DNA of 64,000 nt. It comes from an uncultured Gemmatimonadales bacterium. GTDB lineage: Bacteria > Gemmatimonadota > Gemmatimonadetes > Gemmatimonadales > Gemmatimonadaceae. The DNA lies in NCBI GenBank assembly GCA_963850905.1, contig CAWKMU010000003.1:1728001-1792000 (forward strand), in the 5' to 3' direction. Each line of letters opens with the position of its first letter. Within the stretch, counting starts at the first letter, position 1. Shown one piece after another: positions 9,246 through 19,957 of the stretch. The notes below the pieces were generated by a model. It saw only the letters and a program-made list of their open reading frames with translations, did not search any database and was not told the DNA's origin. Made by a program: the position numbers and the translations under genes.

Positions 9246-11078
9246 GTGGCCCCACCGCTGACAGCGACCCTGACGTTCGATCGCCTCGGAGATGCGCTGG
9301 TCCGGGACGGCCAGATCACGCGTGAGCAGCTTGCGACAGCCCAGCGCGAGCAGAAGCAGAACGGCGGCACCGTCAACTACCACCTCGTCAAGCTCGGCTA
9401 CGTTCAGGAAGTCGAGATGACGAAGATGCTGGCCCGGCAATACCGAATGCCGGCGGTTGACCTGTCGAAGTTCGAGGTCGACGCGAAGATCCTCAAGCTG
9501 ATCCCGACGGATCTCGCCACGAAGAGCCTCGTGCTGCCGCTCAAGCGCGACGGCCGGACGCTCACGGTCGCCATTGCGGACCCGACGAATCTGGGCGTCA
9601 TCGAAGATCTCAAGTTCATCACGCGGTACGACATTTATCCCGTGCTCGCGGGTGAGTTCACGCTCCGCAACACGATCGAGCGCCACTATGAGGCGTCCGA
9701 CAGCGCGATGCAAACGCTGCTCGACGAGATCGAAGAGGCTGAAGGCGATCTCGAAGTGCTGGAGGACAAGGACGATGAACCGACCGCCGCAGCACTTGCG
9801 GCGGCGGTCGATGACGCGCCCGTGGTCAAACTCATCAACGGCATCTTGAGTGACGCGGTACGCCGCGGCGCCTCCGACATCCACTTCGAGTGCTTCGAGC
9901 ACGAGCTGCGGGTCCGGTACCGCGTGGACGGCGCCCTGCAGGAGGTCATGAAGCCGCCGCTCAAGATGAAGCCGGCGCTCATCTCCCGCTTCAAGATCAT
10001 GTCTCAGCTCAACATCGCCGAACGTCGCGTCCCGCAGGATGGGCGCATCAAGCTGAAGATGGGGAGGCGCGTGATCGATTATCGCGTCTCCACCTTGCCG
10101 ACGCTGTTCGGTGAGAAGGTGGTCCTCCGGATCCTGGACAAGGGGAACCTCACTCTCGATCTCGAGAAGTTCGGCATCGAGCCCCGCGCCGAACGGGAGC
10201 TCATGGAGGCGATTTCGAACCCATACGGGATGGTCCTCGTGACGGGTCCCACGGGATCGGGCAAGACGACGACGCTGTATTCGGCGCTGTCGAAGATCAA
10301 CAACATCGATGTGAACATCATGACGGCTGAGGATCCTGTCGAGTACAATCTCTTCGGGATCAACCAGGTGCTGGTCCGCAACGATATCGGCATGACGTTC
10401 GCGGCCGCCCTCAAGGCGTTCCTCCGTCAGGACCCGAACATCATCATGGTCGGCGAGATCCGCGATCTCGAGACCGGCGGCATCGCCATCAAGGCGGCGC
10501 TCACGGGGCACCTCGTGCTGTCGACGTTGCACACCAACTCGGCACCGGAGACTGTCACGCGGTTGCTCGACATGGGACTCGAGCCCTTCAACGTCGCGAG
10601 CGCCCTCAATCTCGTACTGGCGCAGCGACTGGTGCGCCGGGTCTGCAAGAACTGCAAGACGCAATACCAGCCGGACGACGCCGACTTCGCCGGCATGAAG
10701 GTCAAGGCGTCGACGACGCTCCGCGAGATGCGATTCACCGATGAGGCGCTGCAGGATGCCAAAGGCCGCGCGACGCCGGAAGCCGCACCGTTTCTCGAGC
10801 GTCTCTCGCTCGACACGACCGTGGGCGAGCTCCCGTACTTCAAGGGCGGCGGATGCAACGAGTGCGCCGGCACTGGACTCAAGGGCCGCCAGGGCCTCTA
10901 CGAAGTGATGTTCCTGACTCCCCACCTGCGCAAGCTGATTCTCCAGAACGTCGGCGCCGCCGAGATTCGCGACGCGGCGATCGAAGAGGGGATGCTGACG
11001 CTGCGCATGGACGGGTGGCTGAAGATCCTGAAAGGTATCACCACGATGGAGCAAGTCGTCCGCGAGACGAGCGTATGA
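9246..11078 (+). CDS. pilB: Type IV pilus assembly ATPase
   Basis: Walker A GPTGSGKT, AERRVPQDGR, LRQDP, TGHLVLSTLH, two CxxC zinc motifs; start approximate. Confidence 0.95.
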   Translation: MAPPLTATLTFDRLGDALVRDGQITREQLATAQREQKQNGGTVNYHLVKLGYVQEVEMTKMLARQYRMPAVDLSKFEVDAKILKLIPTDLATKSLVLPLKRDGRTLTVAIADPTNLGVIEDLKFITRYDIYPVLAGEFTLRNTIERHYEASDSAMQTLLDEIEEAEGDLEVLEDKDDEPTAAALAAAVDDAPVVKLINGILSDAVRRGASDIHFECFEHELRVRYRVDGALQEVMKPPLKMKPALISRFKIMSQLNIAERRVPQDGRIKLKMGRRVIDYRVSTLPTLFGEKVVLRILDKGNLTLDLEKFGIEPRAERELMEAISNPYGMVLVTGPTGSGKTTTLYSALSKINNIDVNIMTAEDPVEYNLFGINQVLVRNDIGMTFAAALKAFLRQDPNIIMVGEIRDLETGGIAIKAALTGHLVLSTLHTNSAPETVTRLLDMGLEPFNVASALNLVLAQRLVRRVCKNCKTQYQPDDADFAGMKVKASTTLREMRFTDEALQDAKGRATPEAAPFLERLSLDTTVGELPYFKGGGCNECAGTGLKGRQGLYEVMFLTPHLRKLILQNVGAAEIRDAAIEEGMLTLRMDGWLKILKGITTMEQVVRETSV

Positions 11079-11112
11079 CTCCAGAGCTGTCGTCCCCCAC
11101 GAGCCGCCTGCC

Positions 11113-12300
11113 ATGACTGTCCCTGCCGCTGCGTCACCCGGGCCCGCGCCGGCCCCGGCGCAGCAAAGTGTCAACCTCCGCGCGCTGCTCGAGGAGATGA
11201 TCGAGCGCGATGCGTCGGACCTCCACATCACGGCCGGCGAGCGGCCGAAGTTGCGGATCGATGGCGACATCACGAACTCGCAGATCGAGTACGTGATGAC
11301 CCCCAAGGATACGCTCATGCTGGCGTATTCGGTCCTCACGGAAAATCAAAAGAAACGCTTCGAGCTCGACGACGAGCTGGATTTCTCGTTCGGTATTCAG
11401 AACCTCGCGCGATTCCGTGGCAACTGCTTCAAGCAGCGTGGCTGCGTCTCGATGGTGATCCGACAGATCCCGTTCTCGGTGAAGACCTTTCAGGACCTCG
11501 GCTTGCCCGGGGTGATCGCCAAGCTCGCCGAGAAGCCGCGCGGATTGGTGTTGGTGACCGGACCGACCGGCTCGGGCAAGTCGACGACCCTCGCCGCCAT
11601 GATCGACAAGATCAACCGGGAACGGAAAGGCCACATCATCACAGTGGAAGATCCGATCGAGTTCATCCACCGGCATCAGGGCTGCATCGTCAATCAGCGC
11701 GAGGTCGGGACCGACACCAAGTCCTTCAGCAATGCCCTGAAGTACGCGCTCCGCGAGGATCCCGATGTCATTCTGATCGGCGAAATGCGCGACCTGGATA
11801 CGATCCAGGCCGCGTTGACGATCGCGGAAACAGGGCACCTGGCCTTCGCGACGCTGCATACCAACTCGGCAGCCGAGGCCGTGAACCGCATCATCGACGT
11901 TTTCCCGTCGCACCAACAGTCGCAGGTCCGCGCCCAGCTGGCGTTCGTGCTCGAAGGGATCATCACCCAAACGCTTCTGGCGAAGGCCAAGGGGCGGGGG
12001 CGCTCGTTGGCGGCGGAGATCCTCGTTGTCACGCCCGCAATCCGCGCGCTCATCCGGGATGACAAGGTCCACCAGATCTATTCCCTGATGCAGTCCGGAA
12101 AGAAATACGGGATGCAGACGCTCAACGACGCCCTGTACAACCTGTACATGGGACGGGAGGTGGAGCTCGACGAGTGCCTCCGTGTCTCCAGCGACCCCAA
12201 CGAGTTACTGCGCATGGTGGGGCATCTGGCGCCGGAGGACTCCGACGGCAAACCGACGGGGCCTCCTCCGCAACGGGCGCCCGCCGGTGGCAAGCGGTGA
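11113..12300 (+). CDS. pilT: Type IV pilus retraction ATPase
   Basis: GPTGSGKST, ALREDPD, AETGHL, AIRALIRD (AIRNLIRE-like), GMQT. Confidence 0.95.
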   Translation: MTVPAAASPGPAPAPAQQSVNLRALLEEMIERDASDLHITAGERPKLRIDGDITNSQIEYVMTPKDTLMLAYSVLTENQKKRFELDDELDFSFGIQNLARFRGNCFKQRGCVSMVIRQIPFSVKTFQDLGLPGVIAKLAEKPRGLVLVTGPTGSGKSTTLAAMIDKINRERKGHIITVEDPIEFIHRHQGCIVNQREVGTDTKSFSNALKYALREDPDVILIGEMRDLDTIQAALTIAETGHLAFATLHTNSAAEAVNRIIDVFPSHQQSQVRAQLAFVLEGIITQTLLAKAKGRGRSLAAEILVVTPAIRALIRDDKVHQIYSLMQSGKKYGMQTLNDALYNLYMGREVELDECLRVSSDPNELLRMVGHLAPEDSDGKPTGPPPQRAPAGGKR

Positions 12301-12330
12301 GACGGGCAGGCGGGGACGGTCGTCAAGAGC

Positions 12331-12386
12331 CAGGGTTAGGGGTTAGAGGTCAGGGAACGACAACGGCCGGCTGCAACGGCCGGTTG
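12331..12386. repeat. Partial copy of heptamer repeat element (CAGGGTTAGGGGTTAGAGGTCAGGGAACGACAACGGCCG)
   Basis: Shares arm and GGGAACGRCAAC motif with copies at 38721 and 45520. Confidence 0.6.
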
Positions 12387-12420
12387 CGAGCCCGTGGCAT
12401 ATCACTCGGAAAACCATACT

Positions 12421-13620
12421 ATGCCTAGCTTCACCTACACTGCACGAGCCCTGAACGGCGAGCTCAAAACGGCGACGATCGACGCGGCTACCCGCGAGGA
12501 CGTCGTCGCCCAGCTGCGGCGCCAGCGGTTGACCGTCGTCAAGGTCGACGAGGAAGCGAAGCGCCGAAAGCCGAGCGGTGGCGGCATCAAGATGCGGGAC
12601 ATCGTCATCTTCACGCGGCAGTTCTCGACGATGATCAACTCGGGTCTCCCGCTGGTGCAGGCGCTCGACATTCTCGCCAAGCAGAGCCAGAACAAGGCGC
12701 TCCAGGATGTGACGCGCGCCGTGGTATTCGACGTCGAGTCGGGGCACACCGTGGCCGATGCGCTCCGGAAGCATCCGCGGGCCTTCAATGAGCTCTACGT
12801 CAACATGGTCGCGGCGGGCGAGGCCGGCGGTATTCTCGACACGATCCTGATGCGTCTCGCGACGTTCATGGAGAAGAACGACGCCCTCGTCCGCAAGGTG
12901 AAGGGCGCCATGATCTACCCCTGCGTCATCATGGCGGTCGCCGCGATCGCCTGCAGCGTGTTGCTGATCTTCGTCATCCCCGTGTTCGAGAACATGTTCG
13001 GGTCGGTCGGCCTCGCGCTGCCGCTGCCGACCCGCATCGTGATCGGAGTCTCAAAATTCATCCGCGGATACGGCGGGCTCGCGGCGGTCGGTGGCGCGAT
13101 TGGCGGCGGGTTCGCGGTCAAGAACTACTATGCGACGCCAGTCGGCAAGCTGCAGATCGACCGCCTGCTGCTGAGCCTCCCGGTGCTGGGTGATGTGTTG
13201 CGCAAGTCGGCCGTCTCGCGCTTCACCCGCACACTGGGCACGCTCATCAGCTCCGGTGTCAGCATTCTCGATGGTCTCGAGATCACAGCCAAGACCTCCG
13301 GCAACCGGGTCATTCAGGACGCGATCATGCAGTCGCGAGCCAGCATCGCCGGCGGTGACACGATTGCCGCGCCGTTGGCCAAGTCCGCCGTGTTTCCGCC
13401 AATGGTGATCTCGATGATCGCCGTCGGTGAGTCCACCGGTGGTCTCGACGAAATGCTGGCGAAAATCGCCGACTTCTACGACGAAGAGGTCGACGCAGCG
13501 GTCTCCGCGCTCCTCTCCCTGCTCGAGCCGGTCATGATCGTGTTTCTCGGTGTGGTCGTCGGCGGCATGGTGGTCGCCATGTACCTGCCGATCTTCGACA
13601 TGATCAATGCGGTGAAATAA
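12421..13620 (+). CDS. pilC: Type IV pilus inner-membrane platform protein (T2SS F family)
   Basis: FTRQFSTMINSGLPL, AGEAGGILD, AMIYP, GESTGGLDEML, MYLPIF. Confidence 0.95.
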   Translation: MPSFTYTARALNGELKTATIDAATREDVVAQLRRQRLTVVKVDEEAKRRKPSGGGIKMRDIVIFTRQFSTMINSGLPLVQALDILAKQSQNKALQDVTRAVVFDVESGHTVADALRKHPRAFNELYVNMVAAGEAGGILDTILMRLATFMEKNDALVRKVKGAMIYPCVIMAVAAIACSVLLIFVIPVFENMFGSVGLALPLPTRIVIGVSKFIRGYGGLAAVGGAIGGGFAVKNYYATPVGKLQIDRLLLSLPVLGDVLRKSAVSRFTRTLGTLISSGVSILDGLEITAKTSGNRVIQDAIMQSRASIAGGDTIAAPLAKSAVFPPMVISMIAVGESTGGLDEMLAKIADFYDEEVDAAVSALLSLLEPVMIVFLGVVVGGMVVAMYLPIFDMINAVK

Positions 13621-13626
13621 GGGCTG

Positions 13627-13730
13627 GACGTTAGACGTTGGACGTTGGAGACAAACCTCGAGGGCCAGCCACGGTGCACCGTAGCTGGCCCTCGAGGTTT
13701 GTTAACGTCTAACGTCTAACGTCCAACGTC
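13627..13730. repeat. Composite palindrome: (GACGTTR)3 / long AGGGCCAGC..GCTGGCCCT hairpin / (YAACGTC)4; probable bidirectional terminator
   Basis: Near-perfect ~100-bp inverted repeat between convergent pilC and tonB. Confidence 0.85.
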
Positions 13731-14413
13731 TACCGTCTAAGTTCGAACACAAACGCCTGCTCCACCAGTTGCCGCACGCGATGCCCATTCACCTCGGCCG
13801 GGTAGAACCGCATTCGCGGCAGCGCGGTCTTGACGGCGACGTCGAACAGATCGTTGTCCGTCTCCAGCACGTGCAGGCTTCCGGGCTCGACATGGCCGAG
13901 CGTATCCACAACGAACTGCTCGACGACCCGCCCAGAAATGCCGGACTCCTCGAGTATCGGCGGGTAGACTGGCTGGGCTGAGCCAGGCGCGGCTGCGGCG
14001 GCCTTCTCCACTTGATTGACAAGGTAGGGCTGATTCGTCGGCGTGCCCGGCGCGCTGTCGCCCGACCCCGTGAGTCCGGTAGCCCGCCGTCTCCAGAAAT
14101 CGGAGTCGACGACGGACTTCGTGAAGTCGATGTGCGGGAGAGACTCCGGCACCGTCAGGGGGAAATCGGGTCCCGGTCCCTTGACCGGCGGCGGCGGAGC
14201 GATCGGATTGGACGGGGGGACGGGCCGCGGTCGCTCGGGTTGGTAGGGCGTCAGCGGCTGAAAGACGTCAGTGATCGGAGGCGGCTTCGTATTCGCTCTC
14301 GCGGTCGCGTACACGGCGAACGAGATAATGACGGTGTGCGCCACGACGCTCAGCACAGTGCCGGCACGGTGACGTGGTCGTGTCCCTCTCGACTCGACGA
14401 GTGTGGTAAACAC
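13730..14413 (-). CDS. tonB: Energy transducer TonB
   Basis: GGAGGAG RBS, N-terminal TM with SVVAH, Pro-rich linker, C-terminal YP...GRV..QFVVD..G...RFYPA domain. Confidence 0.85.
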   Translation of the reverse strand: MFTTLVESRGTRPRHRAGTVLSVVAHTVIISFAVYATARANTKPPPITDVFQPLTPYQPERPRPVPPSNPIAPPPPVKGPGPDFPLTVPESLPHIDFTKSVVDSDFWRRRATGLTGSGDSAPGTPTNQPYLVNQVEKAAAAAPGSAQPVYPPILEESGISGRVVEQFVVDTLGHVEPGSLHVLETDNDLFDVAVKTALPRMRFYPAEVNGHRVRQLVEQAFVFELRR

Positions 14414-14624
14414 TGGCTCCTCCGATTGTTCGGCGAACCGACGGGGCGGCTCATTGCCGTTGCCGCTACCGAAGCCAGTGTACGCAGGCCGGATGGCGCT
14501 GCTGTTACCGAAGGATTAGAAGAACGCTCCTCGTCGATTACGGTTTGTTTAAGGAGGGATTACGGTTGGGAAGGGAGCAGAAACATGACTGGCCGCGGGC
14601 GGTGATGGGGCACGCGCGTGTGGA

Positions 14625-15029
14625 TCAACGTCCACGCCACCGCTCCAGCGTCCGACGATCCTTCTTGGTGGGACGGCCCTGCTCACGGCCCGACGGGAGC
14701 GATCGGAGCTGTAGTGCCAATGCCTCCCGGGCCGTGCGGCTGGCGGGCGTCTCTTCGTACAGTCGTGCCGCGTCGGCGGCCCGCCCCCGGTGTTCGCTCA
14801 ACACCCGCACCAGCAGGTGTGTTTCAAATGGTGGGTGTCGCACGCTCACCCGATCGCCTACCTGTAGCAGCCGCGCGGGCTTGGCCCGCTCGCCATTTAC
14901 ATCGACCTTGCCGCCACCTACCGCGTCGGCCGCGATCGACCGTGTCTTGAACAAGCGCGCGGCCCAGAGCCATTTGTCCAGTCTGACCCTGCCGAGGTCG
15001 CTTTTGCTATCCATTTGTTTGTCCATCAT
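14625..15029 (-). CDS. hslR: Ribosome-associated heat shock protein Hsp15 (S4 domain)
   Basis: RLDKWLWAARLFKTRS..GRPTKKDRR signature. Confidence 0.93.
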   Translation of the reverse strand: MMDKQMDSKSDLGRVRLDKWLWAARLFKTRSIAADAVGGGKVDVNGERAKPARLLQVGDRVSVRHPPFETHLLVRVLSEHRGRAADAARLYEETPASRTAREALALQLRSLPSGREQGRPTKKDRRTLERWRGR

Positions 15030-15246
15030 GAACTTGCGTCACGCACCGAGCATGACTGTGGCACTAAGAGATGGTGAACGAGGTACCAAAATGGGCACAA
15101 GTCCGTCACGTTGCAGTGGACCCCTGTCGCGGCATGGACTCTTGAGCACGTCGTCCGCTACGAAGCGAATAAACTACTAAACCCGGTACCGCGGCGAGGT
15201 CTGCCGACGACGTGCCAGGGCTGAGCCCTATTGATTTCTTGATGTC

Positions 15247-16513
15247 ATGATTGCCACGGCTCCTATTGAGCAACGGCTCTTTCCCGCGGCGAACCCGTCC
15301 GCACCGTTCGATCTCGCTGACGCTGATCTGCCTCCCCACGTCCGGCCGCTGGCGGAGCTCGGCGTACTCGATATCACGAAGTGGTTTGGCGAGACGAGCG
15401 GCGGCGTCAAGACATATCTCCTCCAGAAGGCCCGATATGTCGAGCAGCGGTCGACCCTGCGGCAGGTGCTCGTCATTCCCGGCGCCCGCGACTCCATCAC
15501 GACCGGTGACGGCGTGCGGTGCTACCGCCTCCGCGGCCCGCGAATTCCGACGCAGCATCCCTACCGTTTCATGCTCGCGACGCGGTCGATCCAGCGTATT
15601 GTCGAGCACGAACGACCTGACATCATCGAGGTCGGAAGTCCATTCCTCGTGCCGTGGATCACCCGCCGCGCGGCCCGCCGCTTGGACGTGCCGCTAGTGA
15701 TGTTCTTTCATAGCAACTTCCCGCGGACGATTTGCGCGTTCCCCGAGCGCGCGTCGCGCGTTCGCCAGCACGCCAGCAACGCGCTCTGGCGGTACGTGCG
15801 GCGACTCAACCAGGAGTTCGAGGCAACGATTGTCGCCTCGGACTTCATGGCGAACGACCTCCGGGCCCATGGCGCCCAGCGCGTCGTCCAGATCCCGTTG
15901 GGCGTGGATCTCGCACACTTTCATCCGCGACGACGCGCGGACGCTGCGCAGACCCGTGAGCTCATCGGACTGCCGCCCAACGCACCTGTCGTCGGATTCG
16001 TCGGGCGATTCGCGCGTGAGAAGGAAGTCGACATCCTTGTCGAGGCGTGGGAGATGATCGAGCAGCGGACCGACGCATACCTGGCGTTGGTCGGAGACGG
16101 TCCCGCCCGGCGTCGGCTCCGCGCGCACAGCCGAGGTTCGCGGGTCATCTCGGATCCCCTATCAAAACGATCGCGAACAGCTCGCGAATGTGCTCGCGGC
16201 GCTCGACATCTTCGTTTCGCCCGGATCGATCGAGACGTTCGGGCTCTCGGCACTCGAGGCCGCCGCATCGGGGACGCCTGTCATCTCGGCGAACCGGGGC
16301 GGCGTGTCCGAGCAGATCCGTCAATCAGGCGGCGGGGCCCTTTTTGCCTCCGGCGACGCCGGCGCGCTGGCTGAAGTCGCGGTCCGCATGCTGCAGACGC
16401 CGAGTGATTGGTCGCGGCTGGGTGCACTGGGACGCGCTTATGCGGAACGTGAGCACTCCTGGAGCCGCGTCTTCGATCGGATCTTTGACGTCTACCGCCG
16501 CGTCGTCGCGTAG
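15247..16513 (+). CDS. GT4 family glycosyltransferase (frameshifted near 16150)
   Basis: SGGVKTYL, VGRFAREK, ETFGLSALEAAASG; one-base repair joins the two ORFs. Confidence 0.85.
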
Positions 16514-17285
16514 TCCGCGACCGGCCGGCGCGGGCGGGGCGCCCCGGCGCGCTCTGCTCGTTTCCATTCATGACGTCGCTCCACCGCTCGAACGCCGCGT
16601 ACGCGAGCTCTGGGCGCTCTGCCAAGCTCGGGGGATCACCCCAGCGCTGCTCGTCGTACCCAACTGGCACGGGGATGCGCCGCTCGAGACGGCGCCCGCC
16701 TTCGTGCGCTGGGTAAGCGAGTGCGCCCACCGGGGCGCCGAGGTGTTTCTGCATGGCGAGCGCCATGACGAGTATGGACTCGCACGCGGGTGGCGCGATG
16801 CATGGCGCGCGTGGGGTCGCACGGCACGCGAAGGCGAGTTCCTGACGCTGGACGAACCCCGGGCCACCGAGCGGATCGAGCGCGGTCTCGGGTGTCTGCG
16901 CAGCCTCGGCCTCGAGCCGATCGGGTTCGTGCCGCCGGCGTGGCTCGCGCACCCGGCCTGCTGGCGCGCTGTGGGACGCGCCGGGCTGCGATTCAGCGAG
17001 GATGCGCAATCCGTGCGCATCCACGCGGGCGATCACCTGACGGAGATCCGGTCGCCGGTCGTGCGCTGGAGCAGTCGGACCGCGCTCCGCACACACGGAT
17101 CCGTGGCAGTGGCCGCGGCCCGTTGGCGAGCACAGCGTCGAGCCCCGTATGTGCGCATCGCGCTGCATCCCGGCGATCTCGCCGACCCGAGAACCGCGCG
17201 ATCTGTGGCGATCGCGCTCGACCACTGGCTGAGTGACAGGCCCGCGGCGCCATACGCCACCCTGCGCGCCGACGAGTGTGCGTGA
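16485..17285 (+). CDS. Polysaccharide deacetylase-like protein (DUF2334-type)
   Basis: VSIHDVAP, LHGERH, GFVPPAW, RIALHPGD motifs; start uncertain. Confidence 0.75.
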   Translation: MTSTAASSRSPRPAGAGGAPRRALLVSIHDVAPPLERRVRELWALCQARGITPALLVVPNWHGDAPLETAPAFVRWVSECAHRGAEVFLHGERHDEYGLARGWRDAWRAWGRTAREGEFLTLDEPRATERIERGLGCLRSLGLEPIGFVPPAWLAHPACWRAVGRAGLRFSEDAQSVRIHAGDHLTEIRSPVVRWSSRTALRTHGSVAVAAARWRAQRRAPYVRIALHPGDLADPRTARSVAIALDHWLSDRPAAPYATLRADECA

Positions 17286-18183
17286 TATCCGCCTGAGCAT
17301 CGTGGCCGCGCAGGCCATCTGCGCTGGATTGGTTGCAGTCGACCAACTGTCCAAGACCTGGCGGGTGCAAGCGCTTGCCCGCGGCCTTGGCTATCGGACG
17401 GCGTTCGCCCGAGTGTTCGCCTTCAATGTGACAAGCGACGCCTCGGCGTCGTTGACGCCACTCCGCGCCGGCGGCGAGCCCGTTCGGTTTGCGGGCATTC
17501 TCTACTGCGGGCTGTCCGTCCCGGACACGCTCGCGTTGATGGGCGTCGAAGGGATGCTGGAGTACACGACCGTCCTCGCGATCGCTGCCTACATCAGCTC
17601 GGCCTACCTGGGAGTGTGGTGGGCGATCACGCGCGCCCGTCTCGTGCCGGCCATGCACCGCGCGCTGCCGTGGATCGCGGCGACCGTCGTGGGCGGTCTC
17701 GCGCTGTTGGCACTCATGCACCGCATGGCGCCGGAGCGCTTCAGGAGTGTCGGCGGGACATTTCGGACAACCCTCCGCAGCGCCCGGCGGATCAAGCCGT
17801 GGACGATTGCCGTGTCGCTCCCGCTCACGGCGCTTCACGTCGTCGCACGCCTCGCGGTGCTCCCGGTGCTCGTGCTGGCGTTACCAGCCGTACCGCACTT
17901 GGGCGCGGTGTGGTTCGGGTCGTTTGCTCTGCTGTATGGGCAAATGTTCGTACCCACACCGGCCGGCGCCGGCGCGGTCGATGTCGGCTTCTTGAACGGC
18001 GCGTCGGGCTACGTCGGTGCGGATACCACGGAACTTCTCATCGTATGGCGGTTTTACACGACAGTGACCGGCATCATCCTAGGCCTGGTATTCGGCGTGC
18101 CCTACTATGGCGATGCGGTGCGACGCTGGCTCTTACGACGCCGAACGGAGCGGGACACATTGCAGCATGACCCACGGCGCTGA
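17278..18183 (+). CDS. UPF0104 / lysylphosphatidylglycerol-synthase TM-like flippase domain protein
   Basis: TPLRAGGEP, PTPAGAGAVD, LIVWRFYT; multiple TM segments. Confidence 0.8.
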   Translation: MRDIRLSIVAAQAICAGLVAVDQLSKTWRVQALARGLGYRTAFARVFAFNVTSDASASLTPLRAGGEPVRFAGILYCGLSVPDTLALMGVEGMLEYTTVLAIAAYISSAYLGVWWAITRARLVPAMHRALPWIAATVVGGLALLALMHRMAPERFRSVGGTFRTTLRSARRIKPWTIAVSLPLTALHVVARLAVLPVLVLALPAVPHLGAVWFGSFALLYGQMFVPTPAGAGAVDVGFLNGASGYVGADTTELLIVWRFYTTVTGIILGLVFGVPYYGDAVRRWLLRRRTERDTLQHDPRR

Positions 18184-18257
18184 GGTGTCGGTGACGAGCG
18201 GACGATTCGGGTTGCGCTGTGTGGCACCCGGTTGGATGCCCGGGAACCCATAGTCGC

Positions 18258-19520
18258 GTGACGAGCAGAGGCGCGGCATCGCTGATCACGCGCGACGTGA
18301 TCCCCGAAGGGATTGGCCACGGCGATGGAATCCGCCTGGCTGACGCCACTCCACTGCGGCTCGCGCTCTTCACAGATACGTATCCGCCGCAACTGAACGG
18401 CGTCTCTCGCACGCTCGAGCGGCTGGTGCGTGCGGTCAACGCGCGCGGTGGCACCGCACGGGTCTACACCACGACTGACCCGGGCATGCAGCCTGGCGAA
18501 CGGGACGATGGGCTCTGGCGTCGGCCGAGCATTCCGTTCTGGGCGTATCCGCAACTGAGAATCACGGCGCCGATTCTCGGCAGGGCGTACCGAGATCTGG
18601 GTCGCTGGCAGCCGACGCTGATCCACGCCGCCACGCCGTTCGGCATGGGCCTCGCCGGCCGGAGCTGTGCGCGCGCCCTTGGTGTGCCACTCGTGACCTC
18701 GTATCACACGAGCTTCAACGAGTACGCGAAGTTCTATCATCTCGGTGCGCTCAGCAAACCCGGCTGGGCCTTCATTCGATGGTTCCACAATGGCGGCGAG
18801 CGAACGTACGTGCCGACTCGCGCGGTGCTCGAGGAGTTGCGTTCGCTCGGCTTCGAGCGCTTGGCGCTCTGGGGCCGGGGAGTGGAACCGCATCGCTTCA
18901 ATCCAGACTTTCGGTCGCTGGCCTGGCGGGCTCGCCTCGGTGCGGACGACGACACCGTGGTCGTCGCGTATGTCGGACGGCTTGCGGCCGAGAAGGGTCT
19001 GGACACCGCGGTCGCCGCGATGCACCGAGTGTCGGCCGGCCCATTCGGCTCCGCCGTGCGGGGCGGGCGGCGCGTCGTGTTTGCCCTCGCTGGTGATGGC
19101 CCCTACGCCGCACATTGTCGGCGTGTCGCGCCGCCGCCTCCAACCACGCAATTCGTGGGGCGTCTCGAAGGGCGTGCGCTCAGCGAGTTCTACGCGTCGG
19201 CTGATCTCTTCGTGTTTCCGTCTGCCACCGACACCTTCGGCAACGTGCTCCTCGAAGCCATGGCGTCGGGTGTGCCGGTCATTGGCGCCGACGCCGGCCC
19301 CACGCGCGAGATCCTCGCGCACGGCGGTGGCATCACGGTGCCTCGCGGTGATCCAGAGGCGCTCGCCGCAGCCATCGAGACGCTCGCCGCCGATCCCGCA
19401 GGGCGCGTTGCGATCGGCGCTGCCGGCGTCGCATACGCCGCTTCACGCTCCTGGGATCGGATATTTGATGATTTGCTGGCCGATTATCGGCGCGTGATCG
19501 GATCGCGGGTGAGCAGCTGA
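18258..19520 (+). CDS. GT4 family glycosyltransferase (glycolipid synthase-like)
   Basis: FTDTYPPQLNGVS, SYHT, VGRLAAEKG, DTFGNVLLEAMASG; start uncertain. Confidence 0.9.
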   Translation: MTSRGAASLITRDVIPEGIGHGDGIRLADATPLRLALFTDTYPPQLNGVSRTLERLVRAVNARGGTARVYTTTDPGMQPGERDDGLWRRPSIPFWAYPQLRITAPILGRAYRDLGRWQPTLIHAATPFGMGLAGRSCARALGVPLVTSYHTSFNEYAKFYHLGALSKPGWAFIRWFHNGGERTYVPTRAVLEELRSLGFERLALWGRGVEPHRFNPDFRSLAWRARLGADDDTVVVAYVGRLAAEKGLDTAVAAMHRVSAGPFGSAVRGGRRVVFALAGDGPYAAHCRRVAPPPPTTQFVGRLEGRALSEFYASADLFVFPSATDTFGNVLLEAMASGVPVIGADAGPTREILAHGGGITVPRGDPEALAAAIETLAADPAGRVAIGAAGVAYAASRSWDRIFDDLLADYRRVIGSRVSS

Positions 19521-19530
19521 ACGGCGCGAC

Positions 19531-19957
19531 TCACTCCTCGGGCGCAGCGCGTCGCATGCGCTTCTTCGCCGACAATCTCCGCTTTGCCTCGAATGCGCTG
19601 ACGTTTCGACGCAGCGGTGGGGCGCGTCGGTCGGCGGCGCGCGCGCACGATGAGTGCGCGCGCCACGACTGAAGCGAGTCGGGCGGCTGCCGCGTCGCGG
19701 TTTTGACGTTGACTGCGCGAGTCGGCTGCGACCACGCGCAGATTCCCCTCACCATCGACGCGGCCGCTCAACCGAGCCATCACGTGATCGCGCCGTTCCG
19801 GGTCGAGCGCGGTCGTGCGCGCGAGGTTCCAGACGATCTCGACGCGGGTCGCCGACGTATTGACATGTTGACCACCAGGGCCGCCGGAGCGCGTTGCGCG
19901 CACGATGAGCTCGCGACCGGGAATCGTCAACGATGCGTTGACGGGCACGTCGTGCAT
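19531..19957 (-). CDS. arfB: Alternative ribosome rescue peptidyl-tRNA hydrolase ArfB (frameshifted near 19592)
   Basis: RSGGPGGQHVN (GGQ), RSQRQNR, basic tail RRPTRPT..KRRLSAKKRMR after repair. Confidence 0.9.

Noticed and set aside
8997..11339. Long antisense ORFs (780 aa here, and many others opposite real genes)
   Set aside because: Shadow ORFs expected from high-GC codon bias; no recognisable motifs
12395..12409. Sigma-54 promoter before pilC (TGGCATATCACTCGG)
   Set aside because: -12 element reads TCGG instead of TTGC
13627..13730. Repeats as a possible CRISPR array
   Set aside because: 7-nt tandem units without spacers; no cas genes
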